The notes beneath the pieces were generated by a model. That model saw nothing but the letters and a program-made list of their open reading frames with translations, searched no databases and was not told where the DNA came from. Shown here one piece after another: positions 36,585 through 44,329 of a stretch of DNA of 64,000 nucleotides (its first letter is position 1; the number at the start of each line of letters is the position of its first letter). Location: positions 175,508 through 239,507 of the forward strand of contig CAZPQW010000002.1 of the NCBI GenBank assembly GCA_964588985.1, written 5' to 3'. This stretch comes from an uncultured Solirubrobacteraceae bacterium. GTDB lineage: Bacteria; Actinomycetota; Thermoleophilia; Solirubrobacterales; Solirubrobacteraceae. A program made the translations under genes and the position numbers.

Positions 36585-38075
36585 CTATCCGCAGCCTGTC
36601 CAGCAGGTGGCGACCCGCACGACCGACCTGCCGGGTGACTGGGGCGAGAGGAAGTTCGGTAGGCCGCTCCAGGCGATGATCCAGAGGTCGCCGCTTTCGA
36701 TGTGAAGCGGCACGGCCGACTGCACGTGCTCGGCCGGCGAGACCTTGACGGCGGCGCCGAACCGATTGCGGCCGGGTGCGCCCAGTGCTGCGTAGACGGC
36801 GGCGCCGGGGCTGAGAGCCGAGAACGGCGGGTTGGGGCCGCCCAGCCAGGTGACGATCGGACCGCCAGGACCAACTGCGGCTGCGACATCGTTCGCCCAT
36901 TGCCCGGGAGGGGAGACGGTTCGCGCGGCGGAGAACCGATCTCCGTGGATCGTGGAGACCCGTACGACCGAGCGGGCCGGTGTCGGTTCGCTGCTGGAGG
37001 CTGTTGCGAGGAACGCCACGAGAGGGGGATATCCGTTGCCGCCGACGAGCGCGATGTCGCCGCTCAGCGGGCCGTTCTGGCTCTTGGCGAGCGTCTGCGC
37101 GGGCAGGAACTTGGCCTGGTTGGGCGGCCGCACCGCGACCTGGGTGTAGCTCGGCCCCTGTTCTCCGCCCTCGGAGAGCTGGCGGTGATACCAGGCGACG
37201 ACGATGCGCCCGTTGCGTGAGATGTAGGGGGTCGCGACCTCGTTGGCGTTGCCGACGGCCGCCGGGCCGACGTCGGATACGGCTCCCCAGCCATGTCCGT
37301 GGGGGCGCACCCGCACCAGCATGCGGCCCCGCTTGCTGTCGAACGCGACGACCATGTCCGAAGCGGCCCGGCCGGCGATCGGGGTGTGCGAGCCGGGGCC
37401 GACGGATGCGGTGACGGCGAGGCCGTTGGCCGAGGAGGAGATCAGCTGCGGTGCGGCGAAGCCGCGACCGGGCAGGCGCACGCTCGCCCAGACCTGCCGG
37501 TGCGCGGCGCGCGGCGAGCTGATCCAGGCCAGCAGCAGTTCACCCTCCAGGTTGCCCGCGAGGCTGGCGCTACCCACCCAGACGGTCCCTGCGACGGGAA
37601 GCGGGGGTCGGAAGTGCCCGTTGATGTCGCCGATCGCGACGCTCGGCTTGGCGGTGTTCACGCCCGTGCGGTGAAGGATCAGCTGGGCGACCCGGCCGCC
37701 GCCGAGGGCGACGAGCGCTCCGCTGGCGTAGCTCGCCGGCAGCCGATGCGGAGCGCGGAACACGCCGGTGATCGGTGCCGTCGCGTAGCTCGCGCCGGGC
37801 GGCGCGAGGAGGTGATGCGGCGGCGGCGATGCGAGGTCGTAGAAGCGCCAGAACACCATGTCGCCGTTGGGGCCGGACGCGAGCCCGAGGTTGCTGATCG
37901 CTTCGTGTGGGGATGACACGCTCACCGCGGGCGACCAGCCAGCCGCCAACGAGGGTGAAGGCGCCGCCGCACCGAGCGCCAGCGCGCCGACCAACGCCAA
38001 GGCTGCGGCCGCGGTCAATGGCGTACGCCTGGTGCGGCATCGCGCGAGACACGAGAGATGAGCGAACAGGCACAT
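36585..38075 (-). CDS. Secreted hypothetical protein (beta-propeller-like repeats)
   Basis: Signal peptide; repeated F..PQ.IS and ..VAW units. Confidence 0.7.
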   Translation of the reverse strand: MCLFAHLSCLARCRTRRTPLTAAAALALVGALALGAAAPSPSLAAGWSPAVSVSSPHEAISNLGLASGPNGDMVFWRFYDLASPPPHHLLAPPGASYATAPITGVFRAPHRLPASYASGALVALGGGRVAQLILHRTGVNTAKPSVAIGDINGHFRPPLPVAGTVWVGSASLAGNLEGELLLAWISSPRAAHRQVWASVRLPGRGFAAPQLISSSANGLAVTASVGPGSHTPIAGRAASDMVVAFDSKRGRMLVRVRPHGHGWGAVSDVGPAAVGNANEVATPYISRNGRIVVAWYHRQLSEGGEQGPSYTQVAVRPPNQAKFLPAQTLAKSQNGPLSGDIALVGGNGYPPLVAFLATASSSEPTPARSVVRVSTIHGDRFSAARTVSPPGQWANDVAAAVGPGGPIVTWLGGPNPPFSALSPGAAVYAALGAPGRNRFGAAVKVSPAEHVQSAVPLHIESGDLWIIAWSGLPNFLSPQSPGRSVVRVATCWTGCG

Positions 38076-38083
38076 GGCGCGCT

Positions 38084-38530
38084 TCAGGCTCGGTCGTTCA
38101 GGAAGATCGCGGCGTAGGATCCAGCTCCGAGTAGCGACTCTGCTGACTGCTCGCGCTCGCCGAGCGCGAGGCTTTCGATGATCCCGGTGTTCGGGTCGAA
38201 CCGCACGTCGCTGAGCTCGCCGAGGTCGTTGCCGATGTCGCTGAGTGCGCGTTTGCCGATCAGCTCGAGCTTGCCGTCGGCGGCTGCGTTCTCGTGATCG
38301 TTGCGCGGCGCGTGCAGAGCGCTCTCGTCGGCGACCATCACCGCGTCGGGGCCAAGCCCGCCGACCTGGTCCCAGTCGAGCACGAGGGCCTTGCGGCCCT
38401 TGCCCACGATCAGCGACGCGACTTTGTGTCGCTTGACGTCGATCACGATGTGAGCAACGTCGCCCAGCTCCTCAGCGCTCGTCTGGCTGACCACCTTTCG
38501 CCCCGACAGCGCGGTGAAACTGTCGCTCAT
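38084..38530 (-). CDS. PRC-barrel domain protein
   Basis: LGDVAHIVID...GPDAVMV; GNDLGELSDVRFDPNTG. Confidence 0.8.
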   Translation of the reverse strand: MSDSFTALSGRKVVSQTSAEELGDVAHIVIDVKRHKVASLIVGKGRKALVLDWDQVGGLGPDAVMVADESALHAPRNDHENAAADGKLELIGKRALSDIGNDLGELSDVRFDPNTGIIESLALGEREQSAESLLGAGSYAAIFLNDRA

Positions 38531-39087
38531 GACGCGCTCAGCCTCGAGTGGAAGTCCTCGACCGCTGCGCCCAGCCCAACGAGATCCTTCTCGACGAAGT
38601 CTTTCGTGGCCTCGGGAACGATCAGCGTGCTGCCCGACACGGCCAGTTGGGTCGGCAACGGGATGTAGCCGGTGCCGCCGGATGCCGCGTCGATCTCGTA
38701 GCCGACGACCTCTCCGTTGCTTCCAAGCAGGACGACAACGTCTCGTACCTTGCCGAGGCTCGTGCCGTGCTCGGTCAAGACCTCATCGCCGGTCACGTCG
38801 CGTCCGGATGGCGGCTCACCGACGTCCGCCGGTGCGTCGTGCGGCAGGACGAGGCTGTCCTCATCCTGGACCATGACGGCGTCTTGACCGATTGCGTGGA
38901 TCTGCTCGGCTGCCAGCACCTCACGAGAGCGCCCGGCGAGAAAGCCACGCTTGTTGAGCGTGAGACCCACGACGCGTCCGGCCTGCGGGTCATAGATCAA
39001 GTCGCGAACCTCGGCAACGTCCTCGCCGCCGTCGATCGTCACAACGGGTAGACCGCGGATCGCCGAGCCGGTAGCGAGCATCCTCAT
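38527..39087 (-). CDS. PRC-barrel domain protein
   Basis: GLPVVTIDGGEDVAEVRDLIYD...IGQDAVMV; VLTEHGTSLGKVRD. Confidence 0.85.
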   Translation of the reverse strand: MRMLATGSAIRGLPVVTIDGGEDVAEVRDLIYDPQAGRVVGLTLNKRGFLAGRSREVLAAEQIHAIGQDAVMVQDEDSLVLPHDAPADVGEPPSGRDVTGDEVLTEHGTSLGKVRDVVVLLGSNGEVVGYEIDAASGGTGYIPLPTQLAVSGSTLIVPEATKDFVEKDLVGLGAAVEDFHSRLSAS

Positions 39088-39206
39088 CGCTTTCTCCGGG
39101 TGGCGATCACGCCACCCCCTCGCCGGCGGCGGCGCATGAAGACACCGAGCGCCAACACGAGAACAACCAGCACAAGGATGACTACAAGCCACGCCAAGAC
39201 ACTCAC
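39084..39206 (-). CDS. Small single-TM peptide (40 aa)
   Basis: MSVLAWLVVILVLVVLVLALGVFMRRRRRGGGVIATRRKR; stop overlaps the PRC gene ATG. Confidence 0.6.
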   Translation of the reverse strand: MSVLAWLVVILVLVVLVLALGVFMRRRRRGGGVIATRRKR

Positions 39207-39333
39207 CGCAGAAGCTCCGCTCTCGCGAGAATCCCACTCACGTGCAGCTCTCCAAGCAGTGGACACTGCTCGCGCGTCCACCCGCCAAGACTCACGATGG
39301 AGCCGGGTCCCAGCTCGGCGCTGAAACGGACAG

Positions 39334-39528
39334 TCACGCTTTGTCCGCCCTGTCCCTCAGGTCCTCGAGCGCGTGGTGGGCCTTGTCGACGGCCGAGTCG
39401 AGCTTGCCCTTGAGCTTGCCCTTGTCCTCTTGGCGCTGCCCCTCGTACTTGGTGTCCTCATCGCCGGTGATAGCACCGACGGCTTGCTTCACGCGACCAC
39501 TGATCTTGTCGGTCTTCTCGCTCATCAC
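39334..39528 (-). CDS. csbD: CsbD family stress protein
   Basis: DKISGRVKQAVGAITGD...EGQRQEDKG; AGGAGG RBS. Confidence 0.88.
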   Translation of the reverse strand: MMSEKTDKISGRVKQAVGAITGDEDTKYEGQRQEDKGKLKGKLDSAVDKAHHALEDLRDRADKA

Positions 39529-39677
39529 AGGCCTCCTGGGTTGCGGGGGTCCTGGCCATCCATGTCGCCTTAGCGACGAGGGACCAGGTCAAAGATGTGG
39601 ATCGTCGAGGCGAACGCCGGCGGACGGTGCGGAAGCGATCGCCGCGATCCGCGATCCGCGATGCCGAGAGCGAGCTA

Positions 39678-39827
39678 TCACCCTCGCCGCCCGTAGTAGC
39701 GGCCTCGACCCAGAAAGGCGAAGAGCACGAGGATGATCACGAGAACCCACAGCAGCGGACTCACGGCAATGCTCCCCACCAACGCCAGGACGATGAGGAT
39801 GATGATCAGAAGGACAACCAAATCCAT
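39678..39827 (-). CDS. Small hydrophobic protein (49 aa), below the ORF-track cutoff
   Basis: MDLVVLLIIILIVLALVGSIAVSPLLWVLVIILVLFAFLGRGRYYGRRG*. Confidence 0.65.
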   Translation of the reverse strand: MDLVVLLIIILIVLALVGSIAVSPLLWVLVIILVLFAFLGRGRYYGRRG

Positions 39828-39995
39828 GTCTTAGACGCTACGCCTGAGTCGCGGCGCGGACATCCGTACCGAACACTGAGAACGTAGCCGGGAAACTCCG
39901 TGGCAAGCGAGCGGGCAAACTAACGTGGGTGGTCCTACCACACGCTCGCCCGCGTCCTGATGATGCTGGCGGTGTGCGTCGTGTTCGTGAGCTTC

Positions 39996-40436
39996 CTACC
40001 CGAGCAACCCAAGCTCCTCGAGCAGTTCGTCGGAGCTCAGATAGGAGCGCGATTCGACGATCAGTCCGTTGCGGACGCGCACCACCACGCCCCACGGACT
40101 GAGCATCTCTCCCTGGTCGCGTATCTCTCCGAGAACCGCGATTCGATCAGCGTCGAGGAGGCGGATGTCACGTATCACGACCTCGTACCAGCGGCCGCTG
40201 GCCACCATTGTCTCCCACCATGCCCGGACACCTGCGTGACCGGTGTGCCGCCTGCTGCCGAATAGCCGCGACGGGTAGCTGACGACGTTCTCGTCCTGCA
40301 GCGCGAGCATCGCCTCGAGGTCGCGGTCGTTGTATGCGGCGACGTAGCCACGTGCCAGCCGAACCGCCTCCGCGGGAGTCAACGACCCGCCGAGTGGACC
40401 CGGCATGCCCGTCGCGTCGGCCTCAATCGAGCTCAT
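39996..40436 (-). CDS. SnoaL/NTF2-like protein
   Basis: YVAAYNDRDLEAML...GHAGVRAWW...VRVRNGLIVESRSY. Confidence 0.82.
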   Translation of the reverse strand: MSSIEADATGMPGPLGGSLTPAEAVRLARGYVAAYNDRDLEAMLALQDENVVSYPSRLFGSRRHTGHAGVRAWWETMVASGRWYEVVIRDIRLLDADRIAVLGEIRDQGEMLSPWGVVVRVRNGLIVESRSYLSSDELLEELGLLG

Positions 40437-40593
40437 CGTGAATCGAAGGAAGGATCCGCCTGGCGACCCTTGACGCAATCCTACCCCTCCGAACAAACGG
40501 CGGGCTATTGCGGTGCTGAGCGAGTACTTTCCCGGAAGGAGCAGGTGCTGGATGCGGATGTCGCGCGATCCACCCGCACGCGACGATACGGCC

Positions 40594-40932
40594 ATGCACA
40601 GGAACCTGATCGTCAGCGCGGTTGTGATCGCAGCTTTTGCGCCGGCCGCCGGCGCGGGCGCGGCAACACCCGCCGCCCACTGGTGCCGGGAAGGAGACCC
40701 TGCGATCTACGCGTCCGCAGTTACCGCGTGCGGACTTGCCGGCAACGTGGTCACGGACTACGTGAACGTCTGTCACGAGCTGAGCAACTGTCAGATGCGA
40801 GTGGATTCGCCGGCTTCACGCGTGGGTTTTCTGATCACATGCAATCGCCGTGGCCGTCGCTACACGGGGACGGTGTACTGCCAAGGACCGGCGAGCACAA
40901 ACATCTGGACGCGCTTCTCGGCGCTTATCTGA
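40594..40932 (+). CDS. Small secreted Cys-rich protein
   Basis: Signal peptide; six Cys; TACGLAGNV...VDSP. Confidence 0.65.
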   Translation: MHRNLIVSAVVIAAFAPAAGAGAATPAAHWCREGDPAIYASAVTACGLAGNVVTDYVNVCHELSNCQMRVDSPASRVGFLITCNRRGRRYTGTVYCQGPASTNIWTRFSALI

Positions 40933-40966
40933 ACCCGTGCTGCCGGCTCCTTGCGCTTCGAGGGCG

Positions 40967-41632
40967 ATGAGGATCGCAACCGCCCTCTCCTTCCGCGCGA
41001 TCCCGGCGTTGGCGTGCGCCATCGCCATAGCCGTGTGCGCTGGAGCAGGCGTCGCCGTCGCGGCCAGCCAGGGCGGGCCGGCCGTGTCGCCCCGCCTCGT
41101 CTACCGGGCGCGCGCCGACATCGACGGCGACGGCCGGCTCGACGCCATCGTGCTCACGCCCGCCAGCAGCGGAGGCCGGCTGGAAGCGACCCTGTCCTCT
41201 GGGCGCACCCTCGTCGTTCACACCGCCTCAGACGCCTTCTTCCTTCCGGGTCTCCTCGCCGTCGGAAACGTCAACGGACGCCCAGGCGCGGAGCTGTTCG
41301 TCGACGAACAGCACATCACCACCGAGGAGAACATCGCCATCTACACCTACGCCGGCGGAACGCTGCGCCGCGCCGGGGCCCTTCCCGCCTACGGCTCCGA
41401 CTTCGGGATCAGATTTGGTCTCACCTGCGCCTCTCGCGCCAAGCGCCACTACATCTACGACGACCTCTACGAACTGCGGGGATCGGCGCACCGGCGCTGG
41501 GTACGGCGGGAGACCGTATACGTCTGGCGTGGCAGCACGTTGAAGCGGCTTGGCAGTAGCCCGGCGCGGAGCATCTCCGGCCCGCCCTCCCCCGCGAAGA
41601 TCGGCGTGCGCTGCGCTCGCCCCGCCTACTAG
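40967..41632 (+). CDS. Secreted protein with FG-GAP/VCBS-like motifs
   Basis: Signal peptide; ADIDGDGRLD, GNVNGRPGAELFV. Confidence 0.7.
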   Translation: MRIATALSFRAIPALACAIAIAVCAGAGVAVAASQGGPAVSPRLVYRARADIDGDGRLDAIVLTPASSGGRLEATLSSGRTLVVHTASDAFFLPGLLAVGNVNGRPGAELFVDEQHITTEENIAIYTYAGGTLRRAGALPAYGSDFGIRFGLTCASRAKRHYIYDDLYELRGSAHRRWVRRETVYVWRGSTLKRLGSSPARSISGPPSPAKIGVRCARPAY

Positions 41633-41670
41633 ACGACGGGCTGCCCACACGAGCAATCCGGAGCAGCGGC

Positions 41671-41817
41671 TCAGGGCGGATGAGCTTTACCGGGAGTCGC
41701 GTGGTCCTGCGTTGCGGGCGAGTGTCCGTCGAGTGTCCAGAGCGTGGCGTTGAGCTCTTCGGCGAGGACCATGGAGGCCGCGTCGTATGCGCTCTTGTGC
41801 TCGAGTCGCTGGGTCAT
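41671..41817 (-). pseudogene. C-terminal fragment of a VapC/PIN toxin
   Basis: SAYDAASMVLAEELNATLWTLD; N-terminal half absent. Confidence 0.6.
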
Positions 41818-42020
41818 CGCGACTACCGGCCGCAGTGTCCTGGAGCGGGGGGTGTAGACGGCTTTTGGCGGAGGCCTGGGAAACGGACGATCGTCTGCGG
41901 CGATAAAACCCCTGCAAATGAGCACAAAATTTGGGCTGTGTAAACGGCTTTCGGAGGCGTTTCTGAGAGACAGATGACTGTCTGCTGTGCCGAAAGGTGC
42001 CGATTTGCAGGGCTTTTCAG

Positions 42021-42091
42021 AGGCGACGACCGGAATCGAACCGGTGTAGACGGCTTTGCAGGCCGCTGCGTAGCCACTCCGCCACGTCGCC
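42021..42091 (-). tRNA. tRNA-Cys(GCA)
   Basis: GGCGACG...GCGGC-CTGCAAA-GCCGT...GGTTCGATTCC...CGTCGCC-T. Confidence 0.96.
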
Positions 42092-42142
42092 CAGCTGGAT
42101 CCCCAAGCGTATCGGGCCGTTGATAGGCTTGGGACCTTCCCA

Positions 42143-42215
42143 GGGCGATTAGCTCAGCTGGGAGAGCGCCGCCTCGACAAGGCGGAGGTCACTGGTTCGA
42201 GCCCAGTATCGCCCA
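42143..42215 (+). tRNA. tRNA-Val(GAC)
   Basis: GGGCGAT...CCGCC-TCGACAA-GGCGG...GGTTCGAGCCC...ATCGCCC-A. Confidence 0.96.
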
Positions 42216-42667
42216 TAGCGCATTCTAGAGCCAAATATCGGCTCTGGCAACCCTCGCAAATCGGCAGTCCCAGCACCTCGCGGACACAATACGGACACAT
42301 TGTCACGCTGGGGATGCTGAGTTGTGCCGCTGCAGCTCCCTGCGGCTCGCTGGGTTGCTACGGCGTCAGAAACGGCCGCTAAGCCGCTGTGCTGGCCTCG
42401 GGCAAGCGGGTAGACCTTCTGTGCAGGCTCTCCGACACTGGCGAGGATCAAGCCGTGCGTGACCAGACGATTACGGGCGCGTGCGAACGTCGAGCTTGTC
42501 GTGCTGACTCCGCACGCCTCGTGGACCCTTCGCCACGACTCTGCGCCGAACGAGCGGGAGGTCGAGATGGTCGACCGGTTTGGGGAGTGGCTCGATGGCT
42601 GATCGAATGCGTTGCTTCCGCAAGCCCCGGGGCTGTCCCGTCCTAACGGCCATGGATCATCGGGCCC

Positions 42668-42976
42668 ATGACTAAGGATCGGACTCGCCGTCGCCGTGTC
42701 GCGCCCCATGTGCGGATCGTGATCGCGCGGTCCAGCGCTCATCCGGTTGAGTACGCGATCGTGCTCCTCGTTGAGCGCGGTGGTGTCTGGCACACGGTGC
42801 GGACGTTCGATAACGCCCACGCCTCCGACGAGCACCACGAGCATCGCTACGTGGGGTCGGAGAAGCAGTCGCCAATCGTGACGCACGGACCGCCGAATGA
42901 AGCGATGCATGCCGCAGAAATCAAGCTCTTGGAGGGCTGGAGCGATATCGTTCGTAGCTGGGAGTCGACACGATGA
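42668..42976 (+). CDS. TumE/DUF6516-like putative toxin
   Basis: VEYAIVL...WHTVRTFDNAH..EHHEHRY motif. Confidence 0.6.
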   Translation: MTKDRTRRRRVAPHVRIVIARSSAHPVEYAIVLLVERGGVWHTVRTFDNAHASDEHHEHRYVGSEKQSPIVTHGPPNEAMHAAEIKLLEGWSDIVRSWESTR

Positions 42977-43317
42977 GCACTATCGACAAGAAGACAGACG
43001 AGCTGTTCATGGCCGCTAACCACAGCGACGAGAGTCTGGGCTACCCGGATGATGTTGAGTTCGTCCCTGGCGACAAGGACTGGGCCGATGAGGTCGTGTG
43101 GCGCAGTCTCGCTGAGGAGTGCCGCGCCACAGTGATCGTGGACGAGGAGATCGAGCTGATGTTGATCCCGTTTCCGCGCAGCGTCGTGGATCGGTTGCGG
43201 GGGTGCGTTCGTGTGCGCGTCACGCTCAGGCCACACGGGCACATCGCTGCGTTCGCGACGTCGAGCACGCTGGGGCGTCACCCGGTGCGAGAGATGCGCG
43301 CGCTGGCTCACGCATAG
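42973..43317 (+). CDS. Hypothetical protein coupled to the TumE-like gene
   Basis: ATGA overlap; acidic N-terminal half, basic C-terminal half. Confidence 0.6.
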   Translation: MSTIDKKTDELFMAANHSDESLGYPDDVEFVPGDKDWADEVVWRSLAEECRATVIVDEEIELMLIPFPRSVVDRLRGCVRVRVTLRPHGHIAAFATSSTLGRHPVREMRALAHA

Positions 43318-43668
43318 GTCATCTCTCTTGGGTCCAGTGCGGGCTCTGGAGTCCCAGCAGCAAAGGTCCCCACTTGTGGTTCCGTTTTGAGCAAAGCTCG
43401 TGTCATCTGAGCGCAGCTAAGCCCAGTAAACACGGGGGATAGCACCCAAAACGAGCCCCAGGCTGATTTTCGAGCCCAGTATCGCCCATGGCCAGAAAGC
43501 CCGGATTTGCAGGGGAGTTCCTTTTTCCGTAGTACTTCGGTGGTACTACAGGTTGCTCGAAGCAAAGTTGGAGGGACATCGAGAGACCTCTTGGAACACC
43601 CAGGCGATGACTCAGGCCTTGACGTTGACGGCCGGCTCGCGGGGATGTCTCGTTCGTGTCTGCCGGCG

Positions 43669-44061
43669 TTAGGCGGCCCTGATGCCCTCGCGCTTGGCGG
43701 CCTTCAGGATCTTTTGATCGAACGACGAGACCGCCGAGCTCGTGTGCTTCGCCGTTGCGAGGCAGTAGGCGCCGGGGAGGCTGATCGGGTGCCGTTGGCG
43801 CAGGCGCGACGCCTCGACCCCGATCGCCTCGTTCGGCTGGTGTACGGTGACGCCGAGGGCGGCGATCGCCTCCCGGGCGGCGGCGAGCTTCGACATCTCT
43901 GCCGAGGGAGCGATCAGCACCTCGGTGAGGTTCACGACGCTGACCGCGCAGGCATCTTGGTCGTCGCGCCACTTGGTGAACAGCTCGCGGGCGCGATGAT
44001 GGTGCGGGTCGTTGCCATCAAGCGCTCCGATCAGGACGTCCGCGTCGAGGAGCAGCTTCAC
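43669..44061 (-). CDS. vapC: VapC/PIN-domain toxin (catalytic Asp apparently substituted)
   Basis: LLDADVLI, NLTEVL, SLPGAYC (D usually), SFDQKI. Confidence 0.88.
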   Translation of the reverse strand: MKLLLDADVLIGALDGNDPHHHRARELFTKWRDDQDACAVSVVNLTEVLIAPSAEMSKLAAAREAIAALGVTVHQPNEAIGVEASRLRQRHPISLPGAYCLATAKHTSSAVSSFDQKILKAAKREGIRAA

Positions 44062-44279
44062 CGCATTTCATCTTCGGCGTCGAGCTGCTCCAGATAACCG
44101 GCAGGGTAGGTGCCCGTCAGCATCCCGAACGCATCCTCGAAGGTCGTGGTAGCGCGGCGGATCCGCAGCTCCCCGTCACCGCCCGGCTCGACTGTGACTC
44201 GCTCGCCAGCGTGCAGCCCGACCTCGGCGAGCGCCGCGACGGGGATCGTGATCTGGTTCTTGGTCGAGATTCGCGCCAT
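44058..44279 (-). CDS. vapB: AbrB/MazE-type antitoxin
   Basis: ARISTKNQITIP...GLHAGERV; GTGA-coupled to the PIN gene. Confidence 0.88.
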   Translation of the reverse strand: MARISTKNQITIPVAALAEVGLHAGERVTVEPGGDGELRIRRATTTFEDAFGMLTGTYPAGYLEQLDAEDEMR

Positions 44280-44329
44280 GCCTTTACTCTAACAGTAAAG
44301 GCATGGCGGCTCTCGTGCGGAACGACCTG

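Larger units (their letters stand above)
42196..43489. mobile_element. Integrase-less mini genomic islet at tRNA-Val
   Basis: Exact 21-bp direct repeat TTCGAGCCCAGTATCGCCCAT at 42196..42216 (tRNA 3' end) and 43469..43489. Confidence 0.8.

Noticed and set aside
41851-42057. Possible CRISPR array
   Set aside because: Only three ~15-bp copies with long uneven spacing, one inside a tRNA, and no cas operon; treated as att-like scars
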